Shown here: positions 49,407-58,664 of the stretch, in pieces
Numbering within the stretch: the stretch's first letter is position 1
Layout: each line of letters opens with the position of its first letter
Assembly (NCBI GenBank): GCA_002009975.1
Contig: MTLP01000020.1
Span: forward strand, 1-61,511
Origin: Thermococcus sp. JdFR-02
GTDB taxonomy: Archaea; Methanobacteriota_B; Thermococci; Thermococcales; Thermococcaceae
DNA length: 61,511 nt
Direction of reading: 5' to 3'
Notes under the pieces: generated by a model
What the model saw: the letters and a program-made list of their open reading frames with translations, nothing else
Told to the model about the DNA's origin: nothing
Databases searched by the model: none
Translations under genes and position numbers: made by a program

Positions 49407-49970
49407 TTAATCAATAAATGCATTAACTTTTTTAACACTTTCTCTTGTAGATAGAAGCAGAATGAATAAAAGAATAGCTGAGATTACTGCAATGTGTTCA
49501 GAAGGGGCAACCAAATAATTCCATTTTGTCATTAAAAGCGCAAGAGCCGCCAATACAATGAAAGCTCGGATTATACTACTTTTTGCATTAGTTACATTTT
49601 GTAATACTTCTGACAAGATATAGGCGATAAGTCCGAAAATTAATAATTTTTCTAAAAAGAATCCCAAAATTAAAATGCTGATGATTATCCAGTCCCTTGT
49701 TTTTGGAGCTTTAACTCCCTTAAGAATGTCGTCCAGAGCAATTAAACTGGACATGACGACTAGAAATGTAATTTGAGCCGATTCATAGGAAAGAATATTG
49801 CTGACGGTTAATTCATATCCTAAGGCTATCGAATATGCAAAGAAAACCAGTATTCCGAGATCTTTATTCTTCTTTTCGACCAAATATGCAATGGGTAAAA
49901 TAAAGGCACTTTTGATTTTAAAAATAATCCCTATGACAATCATCGCTGCAAGTCCGATCATTGAGATCAC
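49407..49970 (-). CDS. Hypothetical membrane protein
   Basis: 187-aa hydrophobic ORF with AGGTGA RBS. Confidence 0.7.
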   Translation of the reverse strand: MISMIGLAAMIVIGIIFKIKSAFILPIAYLVEKKNKDLGILVFFAYSIALGYELTVSNILSYESAQITFLVVMSSLIALDDILKGVKAPKTRDWIIISILILGFFLEKLLIFGLIAYILSEVLQNVTNAKSSIIRAFIVLAALALLMTKWNYLVAPSEHIAVISAILLFILLLSTRESVKKVNAFID

Positions 49971-50031
49971 CTTTTAATCTCCATTAGTATTTACAATTAC
50001 ATCAAAGCCATTAAAGACTTTTTGATATAAC

Positions 50032-50058
50032 CAAGCCTCGCTCTTCAGGATGGAGAGG
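50032..50058 (+). repeat. Solo IS200/IS605-end-like palindromic element, copy 2
   Basis: caagcctcgctcttcaggatggagagg; matches the reverse complement of 24598-24623. Confidence 0.55.
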
Positions 50059-50198
50059 ATGTTGGTGGAACCATATTCCAAAACCAAAAACACCCTGTGG
50101 ATATCTATCGTTTCTTGGAAGGATAAAGTCTTAAAAACTGAAGTGGTAGGAAAGTTTATTTAACTCTTAAGCATGATTTATCATCTGAGGGTGGAGAT

Positions 50199-50375
50199 AT
50201 GAGGAGTAAATATAAAAAGATTGAATTTGAATTTAAGCTTCCCGATGGGGTAAACATAGAGGAAATTAGAGAGGGAATTAGGCGGATTATTTTAAAGTGC
50301 CTTAAAGAAGAAGGATTGAGTGAGAAAGAAATTGAAGAAGTCAAGATAAATATCGAGCTGGTGGAAGAGAAATGA
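50199..50375 (+). CDS. 58-aa small protein, first gene of a three-gene TA-like operon (not in the ORF track)
   Basis: MRSKYKKIEFEFKLPDGVNIEEIREGIRRIILKCLKEEGLSEKEIEEVKINIELVEEK; ATGA overlap with the next gene. Confidence 0.65.
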   Translation: MRSKYKKIEFEFKLPDGVNIEEIREGIRRIILKCLKEEGLSEKEIEEVKINIELVEEK

Positions 50376-50572
50376 AGGATTTAAAAGTCGAGATTATTCT
50401 TCCAAATAAAATAAAAAAGAGAAGGATCAGTAAGGAAATAAAAGAATACATAGAAGCAGTTAAAGCTGCGGAGAGGTTAAGCAAACTCCTTGATGAGGTG
50501 AATTTTGATGAAATCGAAAAAGAAGCTGAGAACTTCCGGAAGAAGTTCAAGTTCAGAGATTTTTCTCATTGA
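50372..50572 (+). CDS. Putative antitoxin
   Basis: 66-aa charged protein ending in FRKKFKFR and overlapping a PIN gene. Confidence 0.7.
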   Translation: MKDLKVEIILPNKIKKRRISKEIKEYIEAVKAAERLSKLLDEVNFDEIEKEAENFRKKFKFRDFSH

Positions 50573-50933
50573 CACCTCGGTTTTGATTGATCATTTCAAA
50601 AGGAGAACACATTTAGAGATCTGGGGGAATGCCATTTCGACAGTTACCCTTTTGGAGTTTTTAAGAGGTGTGCCGGGTGAAGAGAGACGGGTGGCATTTC
50701 TTAAGGGGTTGCAGAAGCTGTTTAAAATAGAACCAGTTGATGATCTCGTTGTTTTAACATACTGTAAATTATATCGAGCTTTGAGGCGTAATGGAGAGCT
50801 GATTGAAGACGCTGACCTTTTGATTGCAGCCACAGCAATCGCCAAAGGTTATGTTCTGTGGACTAAGAACATTAAACACTTTGAACGTTTAGAAAAGTTT
50901 GGTTTAAGAGTTTTTAAGGAGAAATGTTCCTGA
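50505..50933 (+). CDS. VapC PIN-domain toxin (start uncertain)
   Basis: LIDTSVLID, DADLLIAATA and TKNIKHF motifs. Confidence 0.88.
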   Translation: MMKSKKKLRTSGRSSSSEIFLIDTSVLIDHFKRRTHLEIWGNAISTVTLLEFLRGVPGEERRVAFLKGLQKLFKIEPVDDLVVLTYCKLYRALRRNGELIEDADLLIAATAIAKGYVLWTKNIKHFERLEKFGLRVFKEKCS

Positions 50934-51066
50934 TGATGTACCTCCATATGCTCTTAAAAAGCGAATTGAAGAACTTGAAAAGGTAAGGAAAGAGAAATGA
51001 AGTAGATAAAGAAAAAACGGCTTGTAATTGACATCAATACTCTGATTTCAACCTTATCACGGATGC
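50925..51066 (+). pseudogene. Decayed antitoxin-PIN remnant
   Basis: Fragments VPDDVPPYALKKRIEELEK* and KRLVIDINTLISTLSR. Confidence 0.45.
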
Positions 51067-51367
51067 TTTGTTCTTTAAACCCTTTTTTCTGCATCTACTG
51101 AAATCATTCGATAGTAGTAAAGAGTTGCTTAATTGAAAATTTTATTAACTTCCTGATCAGAATAGTCAGAATATGAAGAAAAATTACTATCTTGCAAAAA
51201 GCGAACAGTTAGTTTTCAACGTTATTAAAACATAATGTGTTTGAAGTTAACTCTAACTACTAACTCCCAATATTTTCTCTTTTTGATCTTCCTAACTGTT
51301 GAGCATGTATAATTTGTATTCCATAAAATATAAAAACTATAAAAATTTATATTCTATGGGATATAAA

Positions 51368-52705
51368 ATGTTGAAGAAGAATGAGATAATAGAAGTATTG
51401 AGTGATAGCAATTTTTGGGGGAAAAGACAGGAGACCGGAATAGAAAGAGAGGAATATCTAAAGAGGATGGAGAGATTGGCTAAACCCAGAGATTTTTCAT
51501 TATCAATAATTGGAGTTAGGAGAGCTGGAAAAACTTTCTTGGCTAAACAGTTTTTAAAAAGGAAAATAAATGATGAAGGATTAAAACCAGAACAAACGCT
51601 GTATGTTAACCTAGAAGAACCAAAATTTCATCCTTATTTGAGTCTAGAACTTTTGGATGAGATATACAAAGCTTATAGAACATTTGTTAACAGAGAAGAG
51701 TTTGCAGTTATGGTGCTGGATGAAATACAAAACGTTGAAAATTGGGAAAAATGGGTTAGGGCTTTAATGGAAAAAGAAAACGTCAAGGTTATAGTTACAG
51801 GTTCAACTTCTTCTTTGTTAAAAAGAGAGGTATCCACCGTACTAACCGGCAGAAATTTAACATTAGAAATTTTCCCTCTTAGCTTTAGCGAATTTTTAAA
51901 ATTTAAAGGATTGTATGTTAAAAAACCACTGAATATGATCAAAAACAAGGAAAGAATTGAGATTTATCTTTGGGAATACCTAACATTTGGCGGATTTCCC
52001 AGGGTTGTTCTAGAAGAGGATGAGTTTCTAAAAAAGGAAATACTAAAAGAATTATTTGAAGGAATTGTAATGAGAGACGTCGTGTTTAGACATCAATTTA
52101 GAGAGATAAACGGTGTAAAGATCATAGCGGAGCTGGCTATAAATAGCTTTTCTTCCTTGAAGAGCATAAACAGTTTTAAAAATGATCTATCTGGCATATT
52201 AAAGAAAAATGTCTCCCCTAATTTTGTTGGAGAAGTCCTAAATGCCCTTGAGGAGAGCTATTTAATATTTCAGATACCTCCTTTTTCTCCAAAAATAAAG
52301 GACATCAAAAAACATCCAAAAAAGATATATGTCATTGACAATGGTCTGATAAATGTAATATCGCTAAGCTTTTCCAAAAACATTGGCAGATTGGCTGAAA
52401 ACTTGGTGGCATTACATCTAATTAGGAAATATGGGAAAGACAATATCTTTTATTACAAAGGAAAGAGAGAAGTGGACTTTGTAGTTAAAAAGGGATTAAG
52501 AGTAGAGAAAGTTATTCAGGTCACCTGGGACTTTGAAAAAAGCTATGAAAGAGAGATTGAAGCTTTGCTCGAGGCTTTGAATAGCTTTAATCTAAAGGAG
52601 GGCATAATTGTGACAGAAAAGCAAAAAGGGGAGGAAACCTATGGTGACAAAAAGATAAAAATTCTGCCCCTTTGGGAATTCCTCCTTTTAGATTCAGAAA
52701 TTTAA
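51368..52705 (+). CDS. AAA_14 + DUF4143 ATP-binding protein (ATPase F)
   Basis: GVRRAGKT, LDEIQ, LTGR, GGFP, ENLVA and EVDFV motifs. Confidence 0.9.
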   Translation: MLKKNEIIEVLSDSNFWGKRQETGIEREEYLKRMERLAKPRDFSLSIIGVRRAGKTFLAKQFLKRKINDEGLKPEQTLYVNLEEPKFHPYLSLELLDEIYKAYRTFVNREEFAVMVLDEIQNVENWEKWVRALMEKENVKVIVTGSTSSLLKREVSTVLTGRNLTLEIFPLSFSEFLKFKGLYVKKPLNMIKNKERIEIYLWEYLTFGGFPRVVLEEDEFLKKEILKELFEGIVMRDVVFRHQFREINGVKIIAELAINSFSSLKSINSFKNDLSGILKKNVSPNFVGEVLNALEESYLIFQIPPFSPKIKDIKKHPKKIYVIDNGLINVISLSFSKNIGRLAENLVALHLIRKYGKDNIFYYKGKREVDFVVKKGLRVEKVIQVTWDFEKSYEREIEALLEALNSFNLKEGIIVTEKQKGEETYGDKKIKILPLWEFLLLDSEI

Positions 52706-52774
52706 TACATTGCCGCAAGGTATAATCAAAACTCTTTTATATATTGTCAGACAATTGTATGACGAGGTGATTAA

Positions 52775-53065
52775 ATGAAAACAATTAATGAAAATAGGTT
52801 AACGATACGGCTTCCAAAGGCGTTAATAAAAAGTATTGATGAGCTTGTGGAAGAGGGAGAATTTACAAGTAGGAGTGAGTTTGTGAGGTATGCAATAAGG
52901 GAAGCCTTAGTGAACATAATCCTCACAAAAAGAATAACTAAAGAAGAAGCGAGGAGAGTATGGAGGGAATATAAAGCTAGGGCAAAAGAAGTCCCAGAAG
53001 AAGAGATTGAGGAAGTTCTAAGGGAAGTTGACGAGGAGTGGAAAAAATGGAGCCAAAGGTTGTGA
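52775..53065 (+). CDS. RHH/CopG antitoxin
   Basis: LTIRLP..IDELV..FTSRSEFVRYAIRE; upstream palindrome attgtc-a-gacaat. Confidence 0.87.
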   Translation: MKTINENRLTIRLPKALIKSIDELVEEGEFTSRSEFVRYAIREALVNIILTKRITKEEARRVWREYKARAKEVPEEEIEEVLREVDEEWKKWSQRL

Positions 53066-53493
53066 TTGACACAAACGTGATAATCTCAGCTGCAATAAAT
53101 CCAAAAGGAAAGCCGGGAAAGATTATTGATATGATAATGAATGGGGATATGACTTCATATACTTCAAAAGAAATTTTGGACGAGCTGGGCTTTAAACTAC
53201 TCTCAGAAAAAGTGCTAAAATATATAGGTGATGCTTCTACAGCACTAAGCTTGCTCTTGAGCTTTTCTACGGTATCTATCATTGTGGAACCAAAAATTCG
53301 CTTTAATTTATCTCCTGATCCAGATGACAACAAATTTTTTGACGTGGTTTATGAAGCGAAAGCAGATTACTTAATCAGCGAAAACATAAGAGATATAGTA
53401 AACCTAAGGAACAAAAATAAAGAGTTCAAACTGGGAACTCATAGCTTCAAAGTTCTAACACCAGCCGAATTTCTTGAAACTTTTTCATTATAA
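53047..53493 (+). CDS. PIN-family toxin (PIN_3-like)
   Basis: VVIDTNVIISA, DPDDNKF, ADYLIS and LTPAEFL motifs. Confidence 0.88.
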   Translation: MEPKVVIDTNVIISAAINPKGKPGKIIDMIMNGDMTSYTSKEILDELGFKLLSEKVLKYIGDASTALSLLLSFSTVSIIVEPKIRFNLSPDPDDNKFFDVVYEAKADYLISENIRDIVNLRNKNKEFKLGTHSFKVLTPAEFLETFSL

Positions 53494-53503
53494 TAAGTTA
53501 ATG

Positions 53504-54790
53504 CTACATCATCTTCTTGCTAAGCTCCCTCAAATAATCGCTTGGTCCCAAATCTATGGCTGGAACTAAAGCGTTGAATTTTCTTATTATCTCCTCCCTC
53601 TCAATATAGCGCTGGTAGATATTCTTCAAGCTCTCTTTATCTAAGGCTTCATCGTAAAACAGCAGCGGATTTGGAGATAAAAGCAGTACTCTGTGCTTTT
53701 TTCTTATCATGGTGAAGAGACGGTAAAGTTCGGATGTGTGGCTCATGACATCTGAGATGAATATCAGATAGGAAGGAGTTCTTATGTTTAGAATCACCTC
53801 TACAAAGCTCTTCCTTTTGCTTGGGAATAACTTCCTCAAAAATTTTCTCGCTTTTGATGTCAGCCTAACACTGATTTTAGCTCTTGTACTCAGCAATCCT
53901 GCTTTGGGAACAAACTTTATAGCATTCCTAAACTTCTCAAGCTGGTCTCTCCTCTTAGAGGGATAAATTAGCTTAGCACTTTTATCACCATAGACGACCA
54001 TTCCAACGCTGTAGCCCTTCTTAATCAGCAGAGTTGCTAAATGCAGTGCTAAAGTTGATGCATAGTCTATCTTAGCTCTTCTAACGCCTTTTCTCATTTC
54101 TGCGGTGGAGTCTAAAACTATGTAAACGTCGCTCTCTTTCTCCCTCAAAAATTCCCTAACTATTAGCTCTCCCAATCTTGCAGTGGCTTTCCAGTCGATC
54201 TTCTTTAAATCGTCTCCAGGCAAATATTCCCTAAGGGTGTGGAGTTCGATACTTTCCATTCCGAAAAAGATGTCTTTTCTATAGGCTTCCCTCAATTTTA
54301 TGTTGTAATCCTGCCTGGCAGCTTCTTTTATTGAGTCTACGGAAGGATAAACATCAAGCTTAGCCTTCCCTAAAACAATTTCTTCATAATAAAGCTCCTT
54401 CTCATCGGTAATTATCAGCTTAGCTGAAAGCTCATAGCTTCCCTTCTTCTCTGGAACTAAATAGTACTCCACTATCTTCTCCTCGTTTTGGTCTAAAATA
54501 ATCGTATCTGGTAACTTAGCTTTAATATCCTTCGGGAGCTCTTCAATGATTTTGACTTTTACCTTGTTGCCAAGATTCTTGAGCTTTAGAGTTACCTTAA
54601 CCTTTTTTCCTTCCTCAGCTCTATCCTCAACCATTCTCTCAACCTTAACATTTACAGAAAATCCTTTTCTCGCTTGAACTATATACAGTCCCAATCCTAC
54701 ACCTAACAAAGCGCTTATTAAATTGTTCAGCAAATACCCTTGAAAGAGAAGCAGAGCGGTTAAAGTCCATAAAATATCTTCCCTCTTCAT
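53504..54790 (-). CDS. DUF58 (vWA-associated) protein
   Basis: LREYLPGDDLKKIDWKATAR motif. Confidence 0.92.
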   Translation of the reverse strand: MKREDILWTLTALLLFQGYLLNNLISALLGVGLGLYIVQARKGFSVNVKVERMVEDRAEEGKKVKVTLKLKNLGNKVKVKIIEELPKDIKAKLPDTIILDQNEEKIVEYYLVPEKKGSYELSAKLIITDEKELYYEEIVLGKAKLDVYPSVDSIKEAARQDYNIKLREAYRKDIFFGMESIELHTLREYLPGDDLKKIDWKATARLGELIVREFLREKESDVYIVLDSTAEMRKGVRRAKIDYASTLALHLATLLIKKGYSVGMVVYGDKSAKLIYPSKRRDQLEKFRNAIKFVPKAGLLSTRAKISVRLTSKARKFLRKLFPSKRKSFVEVILNIRTPSYLIFISDVMSHTSELYRLFTMIRKKHRVLLLSPNPLLFYDEALDKESLKNIYQRYIEREEIIRKFNALVPAIDLGPSDYLRELSKKMM

Positions 54791-55716
54791 TTTGGAACCT
54801 CTACTTCATCGAGAATTTCTTTAATAACGTCTTCTCCTTTAACCCCTTCAAGCTCGTACTCTGCTCTAACGAGAATTCTATGTGACAAAACTGGGACTGC
54901 CATTTCCTTTATGTCATCTGGAATAACGTAATCCCTTCCCCTTAAGAATGCTAAAGCCTTTGCTGCATACAATAGATGCTCTGCTGCCCTTGGTGAAGCG
55001 CCAACCAAAAGCCTCTCATCCTTCCTTGTTGAGGTTATAATCTCGTACAGATACTCCAAGACAGGATCACTCGTTTTAACTTTCTTAGCTTTTTCGATTA
55101 AGCTCCCAACTTCCCTTAAGTTTATGATTTGAGAAACTTCACTGAACTGCAGCAAATCTTTACGCTTTAATAAGTTGAGCTCCTCCTCTTTATCGGGATA
55201 GCCAACTTTTATTTGAATCATGAATCTGTCCAATTGAGCCTCCGGTAGAATGTAAACACCTTCATGCTCCAGAGGGTTCTTTGTGGCTATAACTAAGAAA
55301 GGCTTTGGAAGCTTTATAGTGTAGCCTTCGATAGTAACCTGTCCCTCCTGCATCGCTTCCAATAGAGCGGATTGTGTTTTTGGCTGTGCCCTGTTAATCT
55401 CATCCGCCAGCACGATGTTCGCAAATATAGGACCTTTCCTAATCTTGAACTCTCCGCTTCTTTGATCATAGTAGGTTGAACCAATTATATCTGCAGGCAA
55501 TAAATCCGGAGTCAGCTGAATTCTTGAAAACTTTAATCCAATAGCATTTGCAAAGCTCTTTGCTATGGTAGTTTTAGCAACTCCGGGGATTCCCTCCAAT
55601 ATTACATGACCTTCAGCAAGTAAAGCCACAGCTAATAGCTCTATAACATCATCTTTACCAACCACGGCCTTGTGTATCTCTTCCTTAAGCTTTTCTAGGA
55701 ACTCTTTCCCTTCCAT
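54787..55716 (-). CDS. MoxR-family AAA+ ATPase
   Basis: GIPGVAKT, TPDLLPADI, LADEINRA and LPEAQLDRF motifs. Confidence 0.95.
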   Translation of the reverse strand: MEGKEFLEKLKEEIHKAVVGKDDVIELLAVALLAEGHVILEGIPGVAKTTIAKSFANAIGLKFSRIQLTPDLLPADIIGSTYYDQRSGEFKIRKGPIFANIVLADEINRAQPKTQSALLEAMQEGQVTIEGYTIKLPKPFLVIATKNPLEHEGVYILPEAQLDRFMIQIKVGYPDKEEELNLLKRKDLLQFSEVSQIINLREVGSLIEKAKKVKTSDPVLEYLYEIITSTRKDERLLVGASPRAAEHLLYAAKALAFLRGRDYVIPDDIKEMAVPVLSHRILVRAEYELEGVKGEDVIKEILDEVEVPK

Positions 55717-56725
55717 TTAAACCACCCAACTTTTTGCCCGTTTTTATCTCTTCAATTATCTTCCTCAAAAGCTTTTCATCATAACCTTCATTCTTCAACT
55801 CCTCTATTATTTCATCCAAGCTCTTTTCCCTTTCCTTAAAGAATTTATTTAACAGTGAAATGGCTTTATCCAGGGTTATTTTAGCCAATCCAGTTTCTAT
55901 AAATAAAGCCGTTATTGTAACGGTTAAAAGGACATAAAATGCTTTTGCTTTATCTAAGCTCCTGTGAATGACGAGCGTTCCCAGCTGATATGGGTTGAAG
56001 CTTGAGTGATGAATCTCATCTATGTAAATTATATCTGACTTTATATACTTAACAAAGTTTCTTATAAACTCTTCATTCTCGTCGAACATATCATTTATAA
56101 AGACACTTGGATCCGAGAATAGAACTATTCTACCATTCCCATATTCTACCTCGCTCATTATTGGATATTCTCTCTGGTTGTTTCCAAGCAAGGTTACTTT
56201 ACTTGTATATATTTTTCCTTCTGCACCCAATATTGCCGAAGGAACGTTTAGAATTAGCTTATCAACCCCGGTTCCAAGATTTGGGTCTAAAATTCTTATA
56301 AGCTGAGGGAAGTTAGCGTTTTTGGAGTAAAAGATGTCAATAAACTGAATCCTTGAGAATCTTGCAGTCAAATTTAATCCTTCTAATATCTGATTTCCGC
56401 TACCAAAATCATCTATTAAAACCAAAGTGCCACCTTTTTCCAAAAATCTCTTTATCTCTTCCACTTCTAATGAAGAATAACGCATATCTGGACCGATTAT
56501 CAGTAAAGTTCCTTCCAGATCCCCAAGGCTTATTGAGTTGAACGATGATATTATTGGGATTATTTTGGATTCTTCATAGAGGGCTTTTCCAAAACTCGAA
56601 GCACCGTCCCAATTTGTGTTAAAAATGCTAAAATCCGCACTTGTATTGAAGATAGGGATTGCTAAGGGCATAATCAAGAGAAAAATGCCAAATACTAAGA
56701 GTAACCCATAGAAGGCTCTCCTCAT
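55685..56725 (-). CDS. DUF4350 domain membrane protein
   Basis: FNTNWDGAS, GG.LVL.DDFG and SDPSVFINDM motifs; MoxR operon context. Confidence 0.8.
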   Translation of the reverse strand: MRRAFYGLLLVFGIFLLIMPLAIPIFNTSADFSIFNTNWDGASSFGKALYEESKIIPIISSFNSISLGDLEGTLLIIGPDMRYSSLEVEEIKRFLEKGGTLVLIDDFGSGNQILEGLNLTARFSRIQFIDIFYSKNANFPQLIRILDPNLGTGVDKLILNVPSAILGAEGKIYTSKVTLLGNNQREYPIMSEVEYGNGRIVLFSDPSVFINDMFDENEEFIRNFVKYIKSDIIYIDEIHHSSFNPYQLGTLVIHRSLDKAKAFYVLLTVTITALFIETGLAKITLDKAISLLNKFFKEREKSLDEIIEELKNEGYDEKLLRKIIEEIKTGKKLGGLNGRERVPRKA

Positions 56726-58608
56726 AGGCTATCACCCACCAAAAATCCTACAATGAACCTCCCAGCGGACCTTATATAGTCAATGATCTCTCTTCTGCTC
56801 AATCTCTTCATACCATAGAAGTATTTCTCATGCAGCATAGTTAACCTCTCCAGTTCATAGGAAAAGCTTTCATTGCTAAGCTTTCTTAAAAGTTCCCTTG
56901 GTGTTAAGCTCGGCTTTAGATTGTAGCGCTTAATAATTCTATAATAAATATCTCTGTAAATCTCACCAAGTTTCCTTACTTTCTTTGCTTTCTCTTCCGT
57001 TTCCAATGCTTTAATCAGTTTTACGAACTCTTCTTCTGTTATTCCCTTGGTTTTTCTCTTTGAGACAAATGAATAAATTAAGATGCTGAGGAGAGCTGCT
57101 AAAACAACTATAATTAAAGAGCGATTTATCGTGATTTTAACAACGTTAATTCTAACAACATTTGATTTTGCTGGGGCATAGTACTCATCTCCGGGGAAGT
57201 AAGCATAAATCTCATGGGTTCCAGTTTCATTAAACGCTATCTTAAACCCAAAGATAGTTTTTGTTAGCCACTGCTGGTACAGCTTTCCATCAACGTAGAT
57301 TGAAATTAAAATCGGTCTCTCTGCGCCTTTAACTTCACCAAAAATCCTAACTTCCTTTCCAACGCCAACCTTCTCTTTGTCGGCTTCGATCTTAATATCA
57401 ACTGGATATCTTAAGAAAAAGACACTTATGCTCGCAAAGCTTTTCTCGTAAACCTCAGTTCCCAAATAGGTCACATTAACTAAATACCTTCCCTCTTTTT
57501 CCCCCTTTATTTTAAATGAAAAGCTTCTGTTTTCAAGAGTTTTTAATAAAATTTCTTCTCCATCAAATTCAGCTTTAACGATTTGATCCCCAAGTGGATT
57601 CCCATAATAATCTAAGAGAATACCGTTGATTGTTAAATTTTGATATACATATGCGCTTCCACTTGAAGACAGGATTATGCTTGTCGGTATTTTTGTGACG
57701 TTTATGGTTAAGATGTTTGATTTTTCCAGTTTATTATCTCTCATTCCAGTTGCAAAAACGCTGTAGATTCCGGTTTTGTTAAAAGAATATCTGAATGAAA
57801 AATAGCCGTTTTTAACCCTAACATCATAGGATTTATTTTCAATGTGAAGCTCAACGCTTTCAAAACCATAGGCATAACCATAAAAGGTGACGTTTTCATA
57901 GATGAATGGGTTTAGATTTGAAGCATAAAGGGTTAAAGGCTTTGGAAGTGGGATAAAATTCTCTTTTTCTTTTAACTTTTCATATTCTTCAGGTGGCAAT
58001 ACCTTGTAAACACTCAATATTTTTTCATAAGCTGAATAGAGCTTTTCTATCTTCTCCAGCTTTTCCCTCAGATTATCAGTGTTTAATTTTAAAATTTTCC
58101 CATTTTCGTCTAAGAATTCCAGCTTATCCATCTCATCTAAGGATTCATTACTCTCTACGATGCCCTTTTTCATATAATCTAAACCCTTGGTAGCATTTAA
58201 GTAAGCGTAGTAATCTTTCTCCTCCTTTACTCTTTCAATGTTCTCCAAAAACAGCTTTTGTCCTTTAGCTATGTTTTTAATTCCCTCTCCCAGAGTGAGG
58301 AAAGGAGGTAAATAGTCCTCAACCTTGCTCTTAATTCCCCTTGATTTGTAGAACTCAACCTCTTCTCTCGTAACATTAAGCCTACCTTCAAGATTTAAGG
58401 CATAATTTATCGATTCATTATTCTCATCTATCACATTGTCAAGCACTATTCCAGAGTACAGCAAGATGGCTTTAAGATAAATGTAAAGCCCTTTATCATT
58501 TTCATTTGCGTTCTCATAGGGAGTATGTCTCTCTAAGGCTAACCCAAAGCTGCTGAATGTAACGATGAGTAGCATGATTAAAACTAATACCTTCTTCATT
58601 TTCCTCAA
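56722..58608 (-). CDS. Secreted Ig-like repeat protein with C-terminal TM and DUF4129-like domain
   Basis: Signal peptide, beta-rich repeats, TM helix, LTPRE...HEKYFYG tail. Confidence 0.7.
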   Translation of the reverse strand: MRKMKKVLVLIMLLIVTFSSFGLALERHTPYENANENDKGLYIYLKAILLYSGIVLDNVIDENNESINYALNLEGRLNVTREEVEFYKSRGIKSKVEDYLPPFLTLGEGIKNIAKGQKLFLENIERVKEEKDYYAYLNATKGLDYMKKGIVESNESLDEMDKLEFLDENGKILKLNTDNLREKLEKIEKLYSAYEKILSVYKVLPPEEYEKLKEKENFIPLPKPLTLYASNLNPFIYENVTFYGYAYGFESVELHIENKSYDVRVKNGYFSFRYSFNKTGIYSVFATGMRDNKLEKSNILTINVTKIPTSIILSSSGSAYVYQNLTINGILLDYYGNPLGDQIVKAEFDGEEILLKTLENRSFSFKIKGEKEGRYLVNVTYLGTEVYEKSFASISVFFLRYPVDIKIEADKEKVGVGKEVRIFGEVKGAERPILISIYVDGKLYQQWLTKTIFGFKIAFNETGTHEIYAYFPGDEYYAPAKSNVVRINVVKITINRSLIIVVLAALLSILIYSFVSKRKTKGITEEEFVKLIKALETEEKAKKVRKLGEIYRDIYYRIIKRYNLKPSLTPRELLRKLSNESFSYELERLTMLHEKYFYGMKRLSRREIIDYIRSAGRFIVGFLVGDSL

Positions 58609-58664
58609 ATTCTAAAGAGTATGAGAAATATTTTAAAGTTAGTGGTAAAAAGTAGACTCAAGGG

